From the NCBI GenBank assembly GCA_964479225.1, contig CAYZLL010000003.1, positions 1 through 52,872 on the forward strand: DNA of 52,872 nt. The letters are read 5' to 3'. This document shows positions 8,618 through 17,986 of this stretch, piece by piece. This DNA is from an uncultured Smithella sp. (lineage in GTDB: Bacteria > Desulfobacterota > Syntrophia > Syntrophales > Smithellaceae). The notes under the pieces are model-generated. The model ran no database searches. It was not told where the DNA came from and saw only the letters and a program-made list of their open reading frames with translations. Numbering within the stretch: the stretch's first letter is position 1; every line of letters starts with the position of its first letter. The position numbers were made by a program, and so were the translations under genes.

Positions 8618-10525
8618 TTACGTCCTCGGCAAGTTTGATTGATCTTCAAACAGGTTACTATCCCAGGCGTGATCATTCGCATGGGTGTTATCTTCCCTGT
8701 CCTTCGTCAGCAACTGTTCCTGAATTTGAATCTGTTCTCGCGTATTAAAAATATAAGCGCTCTGGTCATGACGATGCCGGGCCAGTTCTTTAAGAGCCGC
8801 TTCGTCATACTTAATAAAATTCTGAGCCGCACGCGTGGCGGTGTATTTGCGAACACCCAGATGAACCAGAACATCAACGCCCAACCGCACGGAAGTATCA
8901 AGCGATTCCCGGTAAACATCGTTGATTCCCATATCGAAGAGTTCGTAAGCATCCTGGCGGTTTTTTGCCCGAACCATAATTTTTAGATTAGGAAATGTTG
9001 TTTTTATTTTTTCCACGAGATCAAAATTATTTTCCGGCGAGTCAATGGCCGCGATCAGAATTCGGGCATCCCCCGCCCCTGCTGATTTCAGGATGTCAAC
9101 ACGCGTGGCATCGCCGTAAAAAACCTGGAATCCCATTTTCCTGAGCAGGTCAACCCTGTCGGAATCATTATCGAGAATGGTCGTTTTCACACCGTTGGCT
9201 TTCAGAAACCTGCCGATGGTGCTGCCGAAATGGCCAAATCCGGCAATAATGACGGGATTGCTCTGATCAATCGCGTCCGCTTCTTTCTCTTCTTTTTCCT
9301 TTGTACCAAAGTGAGGCAGAAGAAAACGCTCACTGATTAAAAGAAGCAACGGCGTAATCGTCATCGTGATGGCGGTAACACCCATCATCATATCCGTCCA
9401 GTAAGCGGATAAAATGTCAAGCTGATGAATGAAAGAAAAAAGAACAAAAGCGAATTCTCCAACCTGGGCCAGCCCGAGCGTGAATAATAAATTCTGATCA
9501 AAACTCAACCGCACGACCGTACCGCTGAGAAAAAGCACAGCCGCTTTGATGATCATGAACGAACAAACCAGCGCTAAGATCGTTGCCGGATTGCTGATAA
9601 TCAATGAGAAATTGATGGAGGCGCCGACCGCAATAAAGAATAAACCCAGCAGAATACCCTTGAACGGCTCGATATCGCTTTCCAGTTCATGCCGGAATTC
9701 GCTGTTGGCCAGCACAACACCGGCCAGAAAAGTTCCCAGCGCAGGACTGAGCCCCACCCAGATCATGAGAGAAGCGGTGCCGACGATGATGAGAAGCGCC
9801 GCCGCCGTGAATAATTCACGCAGATGCATACGGGCGATGAACCGCAGGAAAGGAACGACCAAAAATCGGCCGCAAATGACAACCGCATTGACGGCAATCA
9901 GGAGTGTCAGGGTCTGCGCCCAACCGGGAAGACCGGCAATGAATGAAGCGTATTCAGTGGCCGGGGGTGAACCCGACATGGCCAGAAGAGGCAGAAGCGC
10001 CAAAACAGGAATAACGGCAATATCCTGAAAGAGCAGAACCGCAAAAGAACTTTTTCCCGCTTCCGTTTTCGTTAATCCCTTTTCCCGCAGCGTCTGCATG
10101 ACAATGGCGGTTGAGGACATCGCAACGGCCAAGCCGCTGGCCAGTGCGGCCTGCCAGGTGAATCCCATAAAAAAAAGCAGGGTGAGAATCAATGCTGCGG
10201 TCGCAAAGATTTGCAGGGAGCCGATTCCCAGAATAAGATTGCGCATCCGCCAGAAATGCTTTGGTTCGAGTTCCAGACCGATGAGAAACAGCATCATCAC
10301 CACGCCGAATTCGGCAAAGTGCATGATGTCTTTGCCTTCCTGACCGACGAAACCCATGACAAAAGGTCCGATGATGATTCCGCCCAGAAGATAACCGAGA
10401 ACCGAACCCATCCCCAGTTTTTTGGAAACAGGAACAAAGACCACCGCGGCAGCTAGATAGATCAGAGCATCCTGGAGAAAAGTGCTGATCAAGGTTTTCC
10501 TCCCTGCGTCTCCCCGATAATCCAA
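8618..10525 (-). CDS. kefC: Glutathione-regulated K+ efflux / CPA2 monovalent cation:proton antiporter (KefB/KefC type) with a C-terminal KTN/TrkA-N domain
   Basis: The N-terminus FLQDALIYLAAAVVFVPVSKKLGMGSVLGYLLGG parallels E. coli KefC. The body is polytopic, followed by the Rossmann motif VIIAGFGHFGSTIGRFL. I cannot separate KefB from KefC. Confidence 0.85.
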   Translation of the reverse strand: MDYRGDAGRKTLISTFLQDALIYLAAAVVFVPVSKKLGMGSVLGYLLGGIIIGPFVMGFVGQEGKDIMHFAEFGVVMMLFLIGLELEPKHFWRMRNLILGIGSLQIFATAALILTLLFFMGFTWQAALASGLAVAMSSTAIVMQTLREKGLTKTEAGKSSFAVLLFQDIAVIPVLALLPLLAMSGSPPATEYASFIAGLPGWAQTLTLLIAVNAVVICGRFLVVPFLRFIARMHLRELFTAAALLIIVGTASLMIWVGLSPALGTFLAGVVLANSEFRHELESDIEPFKGILLGLFFIAVGASINFSLIISNPATILALVCSFMIIKAAVLFLSGTVVRLSFDQNLLFTLGLAQVGEFAFVLFSFIHQLDILSAYWTDMMMGVTAITMTITPLLLLISERFLLPHFGTKEKEEKEADAIDQSNPVIIAGFGHFGSTIGRFLKANGVKTTILDNDSDRVDLLRKMGFQVFYGDATRVDILKSAGAGDARILIAAIDSPENNFDLVEKIKTTFPNLKIMVRAKNRQDAYELFDMGINDVYRESLDTSVRLGVDVLVHLGVRKYTATRAAQNFIKYDEAALKELARHRHDQSAYIFNTREQIQIQEQLLTKDREDNTHANDHAWDSNLFEDQSNLPRT

Positions 10526-11100
10526 TCGTTGAGGAATTCAAACGTCTTGAGTTTGTCCATGTCGAAATCACCGTTTGTCAGTTTTGCCAGCAGTGTTCGA
10601 TACGTGGTTGCCTGAGATTGCAAAGATTCGGTCGTCAGCAGGTAAGTGCCCGTAACGACGAAAGGCGGCAGATAAATCATTTTACAAAGAGTTGCCGTTT
10701 GATCGAAAGGGAAAAGAAACTCCCTGATGGTGAAACGATTATGGGAATGGACTGTGTAAGCTTCTCTTGTCCCGCCGGCGGTGATCACATTAAAGATAAT
10801 TTTGTCTTTTAGATTATCCACGTTTTTGCCGTGTGCCCACCCGTGTTCCAGCACCAGATCAATCCATTGTTTGAGCATCGCGGGAGCCCCATACATATAA
10901 AAAGGATGATGCCAGATGATAATCTGATGCCTCAGGAGAAGTTCTCTTTCGCGGTCCGTATCAATATTGAAATCCGGATATTGCTCATACAGATCATTCA
11001 AGGTAACGCTCTCCATGCTTTTGATATCAGCAAGCAAAGCGCGATTCGTCCTCGATTGTTCGAAACGCGGATGAGCAAATAGGATAAGAATGTTGTTCAT
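10489..11100 (-). CDS. Flavodoxin-like NAD(P)H oxidoreductase, KefF/KefG-type ancillary subunit
   Basis: I chose the ATG at 11100 (MNNILILFAHPRFEQSRTNRAL...), which is typical of the KefF/KefG/NQO flavodoxin_2 fold. The 52-codon upstream extension of the track ORF has no supporting features. The gene sits directly upstream of and overlaps the kef gene, as in kefF-kefC and kefG-kefB. Confidence 0.75.
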   Translation of the reverse strand: MNNILILFAHPRFEQSRTNRALLADIKSMESVTLNDLYEQYPDFNIDTDRERELLLRHQIIIWHHPFYMYGAPAMLKQWIDLVLEHGWAHGKNVDNLKDKIIFNVITAGGTREAYTVHSHNRFTIREFLFPFDQTATLCKMIYLPPFVVTGTYLLTTESLQSQATTYRTLLAKLTNGDFDMDKLKTFEFLNDWIIGETQGGKP

Positions 11101-11258
11101 GAATCCCCTGTGTGCTGTGAAAATCTTTAATGTTTCCAAGAAGCTTTTAGCATATTTAAAGATAGAGTTCTTTATTTTTTTATCATTTACAAATCGGCAT
11201 AAAAAGAATATCTTGCAGCGAACCGGCAATCCGGAATGCCCGAAAAAGGAGGTCATTG

Positions 11259-11828
11259 ATGAAAGTACTGGGAATTATGGGAAGCCCGCGTGTCGGCGGG
11301 AACAGCGATATTCTGCTGGATGATGCTCTGGCCGGCGCTAAAAAGGCAGGCGCGCAGGTGGAGAAAATTATTCTGGACAAAAAGAAAATCTCCGGCTGTA
11401 GGGATTGCAAAAAATGCAACGAGACGGGCATTTGTGTCATCCAGGATGATATGCCGGACATACACAAGAAAATCCTGGAAGCGGACGCCATCATTCACAG
11501 TGTGCCGGTTTACTTCTGGTCCATGACGGCACAGATGAAGGCTTATCTCGACAGATGGTGCGCATTTTTTGACGCTAACTGGAGCTGGCAAAAGGCTTAT
11601 TACCCTAAAATGAAAGGTAAGCCCATCGGGCTGATTACCGTTTGCGGAGATCCAAACGTTCATACGGCCGACCCAGTTGTGCACAGTTTTAAATCAACGG
11701 TGACCATGACTAAAATGAAATGGCTGGATGAAGTCATGGCTTCCGCCGGTGATAAGGGAGATATTCTGCAGGATGAAGAAGCCAGAAAGAAAGCATTTGA
11801 GCTGGGTGAAAGAGCAGCTAAAGTTTGA
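11259..11828 (+). CDS. NADPH-dependent FMN reductase / iron-sulfur flavoprotein family
   Basis: MKVLGIMGSPRVGGNSDILL is a flavodoxin-like opening. The Cys cluster GCRDCKKCNETGIC is typical of Isf-like flavoproteins. Confidence 0.7.
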   Translation: MKVLGIMGSPRVGGNSDILLDDALAGAKKAGAQVEKIILDKKKISGCRDCKKCNETGICVIQDDMPDIHKKILEADAIIHSVPVYFWSMTAQMKAYLDRWCAFFDANWSWQKAYYPKMKGKPIGLITVCGDPNVHTADPVVHSFKSTVTMTKMKWLDEVMASAGDKGDILQDEEARKKAFELGERAAKV

Positions 11829-11852
11829 TTATAAAATAATTCCGAAAGAGAA

Positions 11853-14018
11853 ATGACCATGATTCAAAATCCACTCCATTTATTAATGAATCCCCAATCC
11901 ATCGCGGTTGTGGGAGCGAACAATAATCCTTCCAAAATGGGTACCATCCAGGCTCTGAATATTTTCAAAGATGGTTACCGCGGTAAGTTTTATCCGATTC
12001 ATCCGAAGGAAAAAACCGTTTTGGGGTTTGCCGCCTGTGCGTCACCGGAAGAATTGCCTGAAGCTCCCGATCTGGCCATTCTCATTGTACCCATCAGAGC
12101 GGTTGTATCCCTGCTGGAGAGTTTCGGCAAAATCGGCACGAAGAGAGCGATCGTGATCACGGCCGGCTTCAAGGAAACGGGTTCGGCCGGACACGACATG
12201 GAAAAAAAGATCAACGAAATAGCGGACCGCTATCAAATGCGTTTTGTCGGCCCCAATTGCATGGGAATCATTAACTCCCGGATTTCGCTCAACACAACAG
12301 TCCTGCCCTCGGCGAAGGAACCGGGGTTGCTGGGATTCGCCTCGCAAAGCGGTACCTTTTTGAGTCAGACGCTGCCCTATCTGAGAAAAAGGGGCATCCG
12401 CTTCAGTAAGGCCATCAGCCTGGGCAACGAGGCCAACATCAATATGATGGATGCTCTGGAATATCTGGGAGAGGATGAACAGACCAAAGCGATTATTCTT
12501 TACATTGAAGGACTCCGTGACGGAAAAAGATTTTTAGAAGCCGCCCGCAAGATCACACCGCACAAGCCCATCGTGGCGCTATACGTGGGCGGGTCAGCTT
12601 CCGGAGCGCGAGCGGGAATGAGTCACACGGGAGCTATGGCCGGTCCGGATTTTCTTTACAGCGGCCTTTTCAAACAGGCGGGTATCATCCGCGTAAATTC
12701 CATTGAAGATCTTTACGCCCATGGTTGGACGCTGGCCACGCAGCCACCGCTGCGAGGCAGGCGCATCGGCGTGATGACCAATTCCGGCGGTCCCTCCACA
12801 ACCATAGCCTGCACCTGTGATGCAATGGGACTGGACGTTCCGCGTTTTTCAGACCAATTGCAAAGTGAAATCCGATCCCATATCGAACCCCATGCCTCCG
12901 CGGCTAATCCCGTTGATATGACGTTCGATCTGAGCATGGATAAACTGGCGGTAACCCTGCCGGAGCTGGTGATGAAAAGCGGCGAGGTGGATGCGGTCGT
13001 TCTTCATGGAACCATGATGACCGGTTATTTGAAAGAAATTTATCCCAACCTGAAGGAGATCATCGGCAACATTCCTTTGGAAGAGTTTCTGAAATTCGGC
13101 AAAATGGACCGGACGGTTGCTAATCCGACTTTTGAATTGTCCCGCAAATATAAAATGCCGATGCTGATTTCTTCTTTCTTTGACCACGAAGATAACTACA
13201 TTCAAGGCTACATGGATTCGAACACGCCGGTTTTTTATTCTCCGGAAAATACCGCGCGAGCCCTGAATTCGCTGTATCAGTACAAGCAAATCAAAGAACG
13301 GACTCCCCATAAAGAAGCCGCTTTGCCGAAAATCAAAAAGGCGGCAACAGAGATTATTCATCAGGCATTAAAAAACAAACAGAAGGCGCTGGATGAATAT
13401 GAAGCCAAAAAATTGCTGGCTGGCTATGGCGTGCCGGTAACAAAAGAAGTTCTGACGGAAAAGGTTGAAGAAGCGCTTTCTGCCGCTGCGAAAATCGGTT
13501 ATCCGGTCACTCTGAAAGCCTGCAGTTGGCAAATCATGCACAAAAGCGGCAAGGGACTCATCGCGCTGAATGTGGAAAACGAAATCCAACTGAAAAAAGA
13601 ATTTAAAAATATTCAGAAGAACGCGGGGAAAAAGATTCCCGTACTGGTTTCGGAAATGCTGAAAGGCAACCGGGAATGGCTCGCGGGCATGACGCGCTTT
13701 GCCGGATTCGGCCCCGGTGTTGTTTTCGGTTTGGGTGGCGTTTTCACGGAAGTTTTCAAGGACACCACCTTGCGATTGGCGCCGATTGCCAATGCCGATG
13801 TTCTGGAAATGTTTGCCGACATTCGCGCCGGCAAACTGCTTGATAAATTCCGGGGACTGCCGAGGGTAAAAATAAACAGCCTTGCGAAAATAATTCAGAC
13901 ACTTGGAAATATTGCCCTGTTGCATCCGGAAATCGCGGAGATCGATCTCAATCCGATTATCATCCATGGAGCGGATCCGGTTGTTGCCGATGCTTTAATT
14001 GTGCTGGACGTTAAATAA
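11853..14018 (+). CDS. ADP-forming acetyl-/acyl-CoA synthetase (fused alpha+beta, NDP-forming)
   Basis: The order is an N-terminal CoA-binding domain (SIAVVGANNNPSKMG), a succinyl-CoA-synthetase-like ligase domain (MSHTGAMAG phospho-His loop), then a C-terminal ATP-grasp (EAKKLLAGYGVPV). The protein is 721 aa. Confidence 0.85.
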   Translation: MTMIQNPLHLLMNPQSIAVVGANNNPSKMGTIQALNIFKDGYRGKFYPIHPKEKTVLGFAACASPEELPEAPDLAILIVPIRAVVSLLESFGKIGTKRAIVITAGFKETGSAGHDMEKKINEIADRYQMRFVGPNCMGIINSRISLNTTVLPSAKEPGLLGFASQSGTFLSQTLPYLRKRGIRFSKAISLGNEANINMMDALEYLGEDEQTKAIILYIEGLRDGKRFLEAARKITPHKPIVALYVGGSASGARAGMSHTGAMAGPDFLYSGLFKQAGIIRVNSIEDLYAHGWTLATQPPLRGRRIGVMTNSGGPSTTIACTCDAMGLDVPRFSDQLQSEIRSHIEPHASAANPVDMTFDLSMDKLAVTLPELVMKSGEVDAVVLHGTMMTGYLKEIYPNLKEIIGNIPLEEFLKFGKMDRTVANPTFELSRKYKMPMLISSFFDHEDNYIQGYMDSNTPVFYSPENTARALNSLYQYKQIKERTPHKEAALPKIKKAATEIIHQALKNKQKALDEYEAKKLLAGYGVPVTKEVLTEKVEEALSAAAKIGYPVTLKACSWQIMHKSGKGLIALNVENEIQLKKEFKNIQKNAGKKIPVLVSEMLKGNREWLAGMTRFAGFGPGVVFGLGGVFTEVFKDTTLRLAPIANADVLEMFADIRAGKLLDKFRGLPRVKINSLAKIIQTLGNIALLHPEIAEIDLNPIIIHGADPVVADALIVLDVK

Positions 14019-14098
14019 TACTGGATGGTTCTTAGCGAATAACTGTTGAGTGAGAAATTCCATGGTTCAGCTATCGGATGGCGTCATATTGCTCATCG

Positions 14099-14581
14099 TC
14101 ATATCAGCAACGCCGCAACAAAAACGCCGATCATCGTGAAAGCGACCGCCAGCTTAACAACAATCGCAAAAATGAGTCCAAACCCTGTTGCGGCGCCAAC
14201 CTTACCTGCGCGGATCAGATCTCTGTGCGCAACCAGTTCGCCGATGGTCGCGCCCGCAAACGGCATGAACAGAAGACCCCAGATGCCCGTGAAAATGCCG
14301 GCGATGGTACCGATGGCTGCGCCGATGATTCCCAGTTTGGTCGCGCCTGCTTTTTGCGCAGACAAAGCCGCAGCGATGTATTCGATGATCACGGCGACAG
14401 CCATCAAGATGGCCATGACGATCATCGTAAACACACTGATGATCTGAAAATTGTTAATCCAGGCCGCCAAAAGCATGCCGATAAAAATCAGCGGCACACC
14501 GGGCAATGCCGGCAGTACGGCGCCGGCGAGGCCGACTAAAATCAGCAAAACAGCTATGATCCACAGAAGGGTCGTCATCAT
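14099..14581 (-). CDS. DUF456 family membrane protein
   Basis: This is a four-TM small protein. AGAVLPALPGVPLIFIGMLLAAW and FAGATIGELV are characteristic of DUF456. Confidence 0.7.
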   Translation of the reverse strand: MMTTLLWIIAVLLILVGLAGAVLPALPGVPLIFIGMLLAAWINNFQIISVFTMIVMAILMAVAVIIEYIAAALSAQKAGATKLGIIGAAIGTIAGIFTGIWGLLFMPFAGATIGELVAHRDLIRAGKVGAATGFGLIFAIVVKLAVAFTMIGVFVAALLI

Positions 14582-14665
14582 TGTCCCATGGTGAACGCTT
14601 TTGATTCCGTCACCGCATTTTCTGTTGGCAGCGGCACAAAATTACAGTCAACTCTTTAAAAAAGT

Positions 14666-15835
14666 TTAGCGCTTCTTGTCCGCTTTCTGGAACATATCGC
14701 CCAGAGTACCCATGGTGTTCGGCGATTTGGCGATATACTTACGGAAATCATCTTCGCCAGCCGCAACGGTAGTCTCTTTGTCGCTGCCAACCAGATCCAG
14801 AGAAATTTTCTTTTTCTCGTGATCAATTTTTTCAATCTTCACTTCTATTTCATCACCGGCTTTCATCACATCACCGGCGTGTTTGATTTTTTTGCCACGC
14901 GCAATTTTACCAATATGCAGAAGTCCTTCCACGCCGGTTTCCAGCGTAATGAAAGCTCCGAAGTTGGTGAGACTGGAAACCTTGCCCTTCAACGGGCTGC
15001 CTTCGGGATATTTGCGAATGAATTCGTCCCAGGGATTGGGAAGATTTTCTTTAATGGATAAGGTGATGCGCTTATTTTCCCAGTCCAGATTAATGACAGC
15101 AACCTCAACCTTGTCACCGGGAGAATAGATCAGTTTCGGATCTTCAACCCTGCCCCAGCCCATTTCTGAAACAGGCAGGAGTCCCTGAATGCCGCCGATA
15201 TCCACAAAAGCGCCGAATTTCTGCACATTGGTCACGACGCCGCTGACAGTCATTCCCTTTTGCAGAGAGTCTTTCAATGCGGCGATTTTTTCTTTTTCAA
15301 TTTTTTCCAGAAGCGGGCGGCGGGACAAAATAACATTGCGGCCGTTTTCCGAATATTCAATAACGGCAAATTCAAATTTTTGGCCGACATAAGCTGTCAC
15401 GTCGTCTATCTTTTTGATATCCATCTGCGAGTAGGGACAAAAAGCGCTGACCGTGGGATTGATTCTCACGGAAAAGCCGCCTTTAATTTCCTTTTCAACC
15501 GTCGCTTCCAGCGGAATCTGGTTTTTATAAGCATCAAACAGAAAATCATTTACGTTTTTGCTGGTCAACAGTTTGGTGGTAAAAAGTTTTTCTCCATGTT
15601 TTGAAAAAAGAAAATAAGCTGTGATGGTATCGCCTTCTTTTACGGTTAGATTGCCGCTTTCGTCAACGAGTTCTTTTTTCTCCAGGTAACCTTCGCTTTT
15701 CGCCCCCAGATCGATAAATATCCATTCGTCCGTTATTTTTACGATAACCGTATCGATTCTTTCACCCGATGAAAAGCGCCTGGGCTTAAGATTGGTTTCA
15801 TCCAGTAATTCCGAAAAACTTTTTGTATCTTCCAT
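14666..15835 (-). CDS. S1 RNA-binding domain protein (ribosomal protein S1-like, multi-OB)
   Basis: I chose the ATG at 15835, preceded by GAGGAATAATA. Repeated S1 motifs include GMTVSGVVTNVQKFGAFVDIGGIQGLLPVSEM and GSPLKGKVSSLTNFGAFITLETGVEGLLHI. The track ORF's extra 66 N-terminal codons read through a repeat element. Confidence 0.85.
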   Translation of the reverse strand: MEDTKSFSELLDETNLKPRRFSSGERIDTVIVKITDEWIFIDLGAKSEGYLEKKELVDESGNLTVKEGDTITAYFLFSKHGEKLFTTKLLTSKNVNDFLFDAYKNQIPLEATVEKEIKGGFSVRINPTVSAFCPYSQMDIKKIDDVTAYVGQKFEFAVIEYSENGRNVILSRRPLLEKIEKEKIAALKDSLQKGMTVSGVVTNVQKFGAFVDIGGIQGLLPVSEMGWGRVEDPKLIYSPGDKVEVAVINLDWENKRITLSIKENLPNPWDEFIRKYPEGSPLKGKVSSLTNFGAFITLETGVEGLLHIGKIARGKKIKHAGDVMKAGDEIEVKIEKIDHEKKKISLDLVGSDKETTVAAGEDDFRKYIAKSPNTMGTLGDMFQKADKKR

Positions 15836-15930
15836 TATTATTCCTCTTTTCTTTAACGCGTCATTGATGGACGGGATTTGGTGCTCCGATAACATAAAAA
15901 ATAATGAAACACAAACGCTAATGTACTCAC

Positions 15931-16010
15931 GATCCCCCGGCGCTTTGCTTCGGGGATAGTTCGTCCAACAAATTTCAGTGCGCTTCGCTTCTGAAATTTG
16001 GGACTCACTA
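15931..16010 (-). repeat. Copy 1 of an ~80-nt two-hairpin element (minus-strand sense TAGTGAG...GGGGGATC), upstream of the S1-domain gene
   Basis: The core 15953..16010 matches 20071..20128 at 56 of 58 nt, and the flanking 22 nt are partly conserved. Hairpin 1 is 15969..15978 / 15991..16000 (10 bp, 12-nt loop). Hairpin 2 is ATCCCC/GGGGAT. Confidence 0.8.
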
Positions 16011-16079
16011 ATTTTCGCTGGATATTTGAACAAATATGTATTATAAAAAGCACATAATATCTAAGGGGTTAATATAATT

Positions 16080-17414
16080 ATGCGTTTTGAAATTTCCCGC
16101 GGCGGCAGCGGGCTGACTTATGAAATTCGGAACATTGTTCTGATTGCGAAAAAGATTAAAGATCTTGGCATTAATATCATCTGGGAAAATATCGGCGACC
16201 CGGTGCAGAAGGGAGAAAAGATCCCCGCGTGGATGAAGGAAGTCCTTACTGAAATTATTCAAGATGATGCATCTTTTGCTTACTCGCCGACCAAAGGCAT
16301 GGACGTCACCAGGCAATTTCTGGCGGACCGACTAAACCAACGCGCAGGGGCTCAGATTACACCGGAGGATATCATTTTTTTCAACGGACTGGGCGATGCC
16401 ATCGCGCGTGCTTACAGTTCCATTCAGGTTGACGCACGCATGATCATGCCGGAGCCAACCTATTCCACGCATTTTATGGCGGAGGTTCTGCATGCGTCTT
16501 TCCCGCCCAATACCTACCGTTTGAATCCGTACAACGGCTGGCACCCGGATATGCGGGAGCTGGAACAAAAAGTCAGAAGCCACAGGGCGATCGTGGGCAT
16601 TCTGGTGATCAATCCCGACAATCCCACCGGATTTGTTTATCCCGAAGAAACCCTGAGGAATATCGTGCGAATTGCAAGAGAAAATGATCTGTTTCTTGTA
16701 TTTGACGAAACCTACATTAACATCGTTTTCAATGACAAGAAGACCGTTCAATTGTCCGATATCGTGGGTACTGTTCCGGCCATCAGCATGAAAGGCATAT
16801 CCAAAGAACTGCCCTGGCCGGGCTCCCGCTGCGGCTGGATGGAAGTTTATAATTCCGGCAAAGACCCGATTTTTGACCGCTTTATCAACACCATTCTCCA
16901 TCAGAAAATGTCGGAAGTGTGTTCAACAACCCTGCCGCAATTGGCCATTCCGAAAATCATGACGCATCCCGAATATCACAATTATCTGGATGAACGTAAA
17001 AGGCATTATGAAAAGCTTTCAAATATCGCTTACAATATTTTAAAGGACGTTCCCTGCATGATGGTCAACAGAACGGACGGCGCATTTTATATGACCATTG
17101 CTTTCAATGAATCCGGTCTCAATAATAACCAAACGCTGCATATTCCAAATCAGGAGGTCCGGGAATTCGTCGAAAAGCTGGTCAAGGAACCTATCGAGCA
17201 CGATAAGAGATTCGTGTATTACCTGCTGGCCGCAACAGGCATTTGCGTTGTACCGTTGACCTCTTTCTTTACGCCGCTGTTGGGATTCCGCATGACCTTA
17301 CTCGACAAAGACGAAGCCGAATTCGAATACACGGTCAAAACCATTGCTGAAAAATTTACCGAATATATTGATTCGTCCAGCAAAGGAATCCAGACAGCGA
17401 TTAATTTGTCTTAA
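16080..17414 (+). CDS. Class I/II PLP-dependent aminotransferase (alanine-aminotransferase-like)
   Basis: The PLP-lysine block ISMKGISKELPWPGSRCGW and the INPDNPTG block are present. The protein is 444 aa. Confidence 0.8.
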   Translation: MRFEISRGGSGLTYEIRNIVLIAKKIKDLGINIIWENIGDPVQKGEKIPAWMKEVLTEIIQDDASFAYSPTKGMDVTRQFLADRLNQRAGAQITPEDIIFFNGLGDAIARAYSSIQVDARMIMPEPTYSTHFMAEVLHASFPPNTYRLNPYNGWHPDMRELEQKVRSHRAIVGILVINPDNPTGFVYPEETLRNIVRIARENDLFLVFDETYINIVFNDKKTVQLSDIVGTVPAISMKGISKELPWPGSRCGWMEVYNSGKDPIFDRFINTILHQKMSEVCSTTLPQLAIPKIMTHPEYHNYLDERKRHYEKLSNIAYNILKDVPCMMVNRTDGAFYMTIAFNESGLNNNQTLHIPNQEVREFVEKLVKEPIEHDKRFVYYLLAATGICVVPLTSFFTPLLGFRMTLLDKDEAEFEYTVKTIAEKFTEYIDSSSKGIQTAINLS

Positions 17415-17415
17415 A

Positions 17416-17451
17416 GAAAACGCCTTCATCAGGCATGCAGTTTCTTTTTTT
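17416..17451 (+). terminator. Weak rho-independent terminator after the aminotransferase gene
   Basis: An interrupted hairpin (GCCT/AGGC plus AAAC/GTTT) is followed by T7 at 17445..17451. The stem is imperfect. Confidence 0.3.
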
Positions 17452-17515
17452 CATCATGATTATTGAAAATTTAACTGCACAAATCAATTTGCATAAAACA
17501 AATGGAGAAACGTCA

Positions 17516-17986
17516 ATGAAAAAACGGATTCCGATCCGCCCGGTTGTTTTTCTTTTCTTGTTGATTGGCCTTGTCCTGCCGGCGCAGGTGTATGCCGAAT
17601 CCTGTGAAAAGATTGTCCATGCGGTCAATATTCGGCTCTCCTCTGGAATCAACGAACCGGAGCTGATCGAAATACTGCGCAGTCTGAACCAGACAAACAA
17701 CAAAAAGCTGCCTTCCAAATTTGTGAACAAGAACGAGGCCCGGTCGCGGGGATGGAAACCGGGACGGGATCTTTGGTCTGTGGGTTCCCTAAGAGGCGCC
17801 AGCATGGGCGGTGACCATTTCAGGAACAGGGAGGGCCGGTTGCCGAATAATAAATGGCGCGAGGCTGATCTCGATTACAAGGGTGGGCATCGGAACGCCA
17901 AGCGCCTGATCTTTTCCCGGGACGGCCAGCGATATGTTACAGTGGATCACTACAAAGCATTTACGGAGGTGCCGGCATGTCGATAA
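17516..17986 (+). CDS. Secreted barnase-family ribonuclease
   Basis: The ATG at 17516 follows GGAG. The signal peptide is MKKRIPIRPVVFLFLLIGLVLPAQVYA. GGDHFRNREGRLPNNKWREADLDYKGGHRNAKRLIFS...VTVDHYKAFTEV aligns with barnase GGDIFSNREGKLP..WREADINYTSGFRNSDRILYS..TTDHYQTFTKI. The Lys27, Glu73, Arg83, Arg87 and His102 equivalents are all present. Confidence 0.9.
   Translation: MKKRIPIRPVVFLFLLIGLVLPAQVYAESCEKIVHAVNIRLSSGINEPELIEILRSLNQTNNKKLPSKFVNKNEARSRGWKPGRDLWSVGSLRGASMGGDHFRNREGRLPNNKWREADLDYKGGHRNAKRLIFSRDGQRYVTVDHYKAFTEVPACR

Noticed and set aside
10489-11256. The full-length 255-aa version of the KefF-like ORF.
   Set aside because: The first 52 codons (MTSFFGHSGLPVRCKIFFLCRF...) have no flavodoxin-fold features and run through the divergent promoter region. 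The family-typical N-terminus MNNILILFAHP starts at 11100.
14046-14539. Two plus-strand ORFs (133 aa and 153 aa) overlapping the DUF456 gene.
   Set aside because: The minus-strand product is a coherent four-TM protein with DUF456 motifs. The plus frames are compositional artefacts (Ala/Pro/Met-rich or Arg/Asp/His-rich).
15836-16033. A 66-codon N-terminal extension of the S1-domain ORF, and the 88-aa ORF 20035..20301, which share the peptide SEAKRTEICWTNYPRS.
   Set aside because: The shared peptide is the translation of the duplicated non-coding element. The S1 gene has a good RBS and ATG at 15835, and the 20035..20301 ORF overlaps the RRM gene's Gly-rich tail in another frame.
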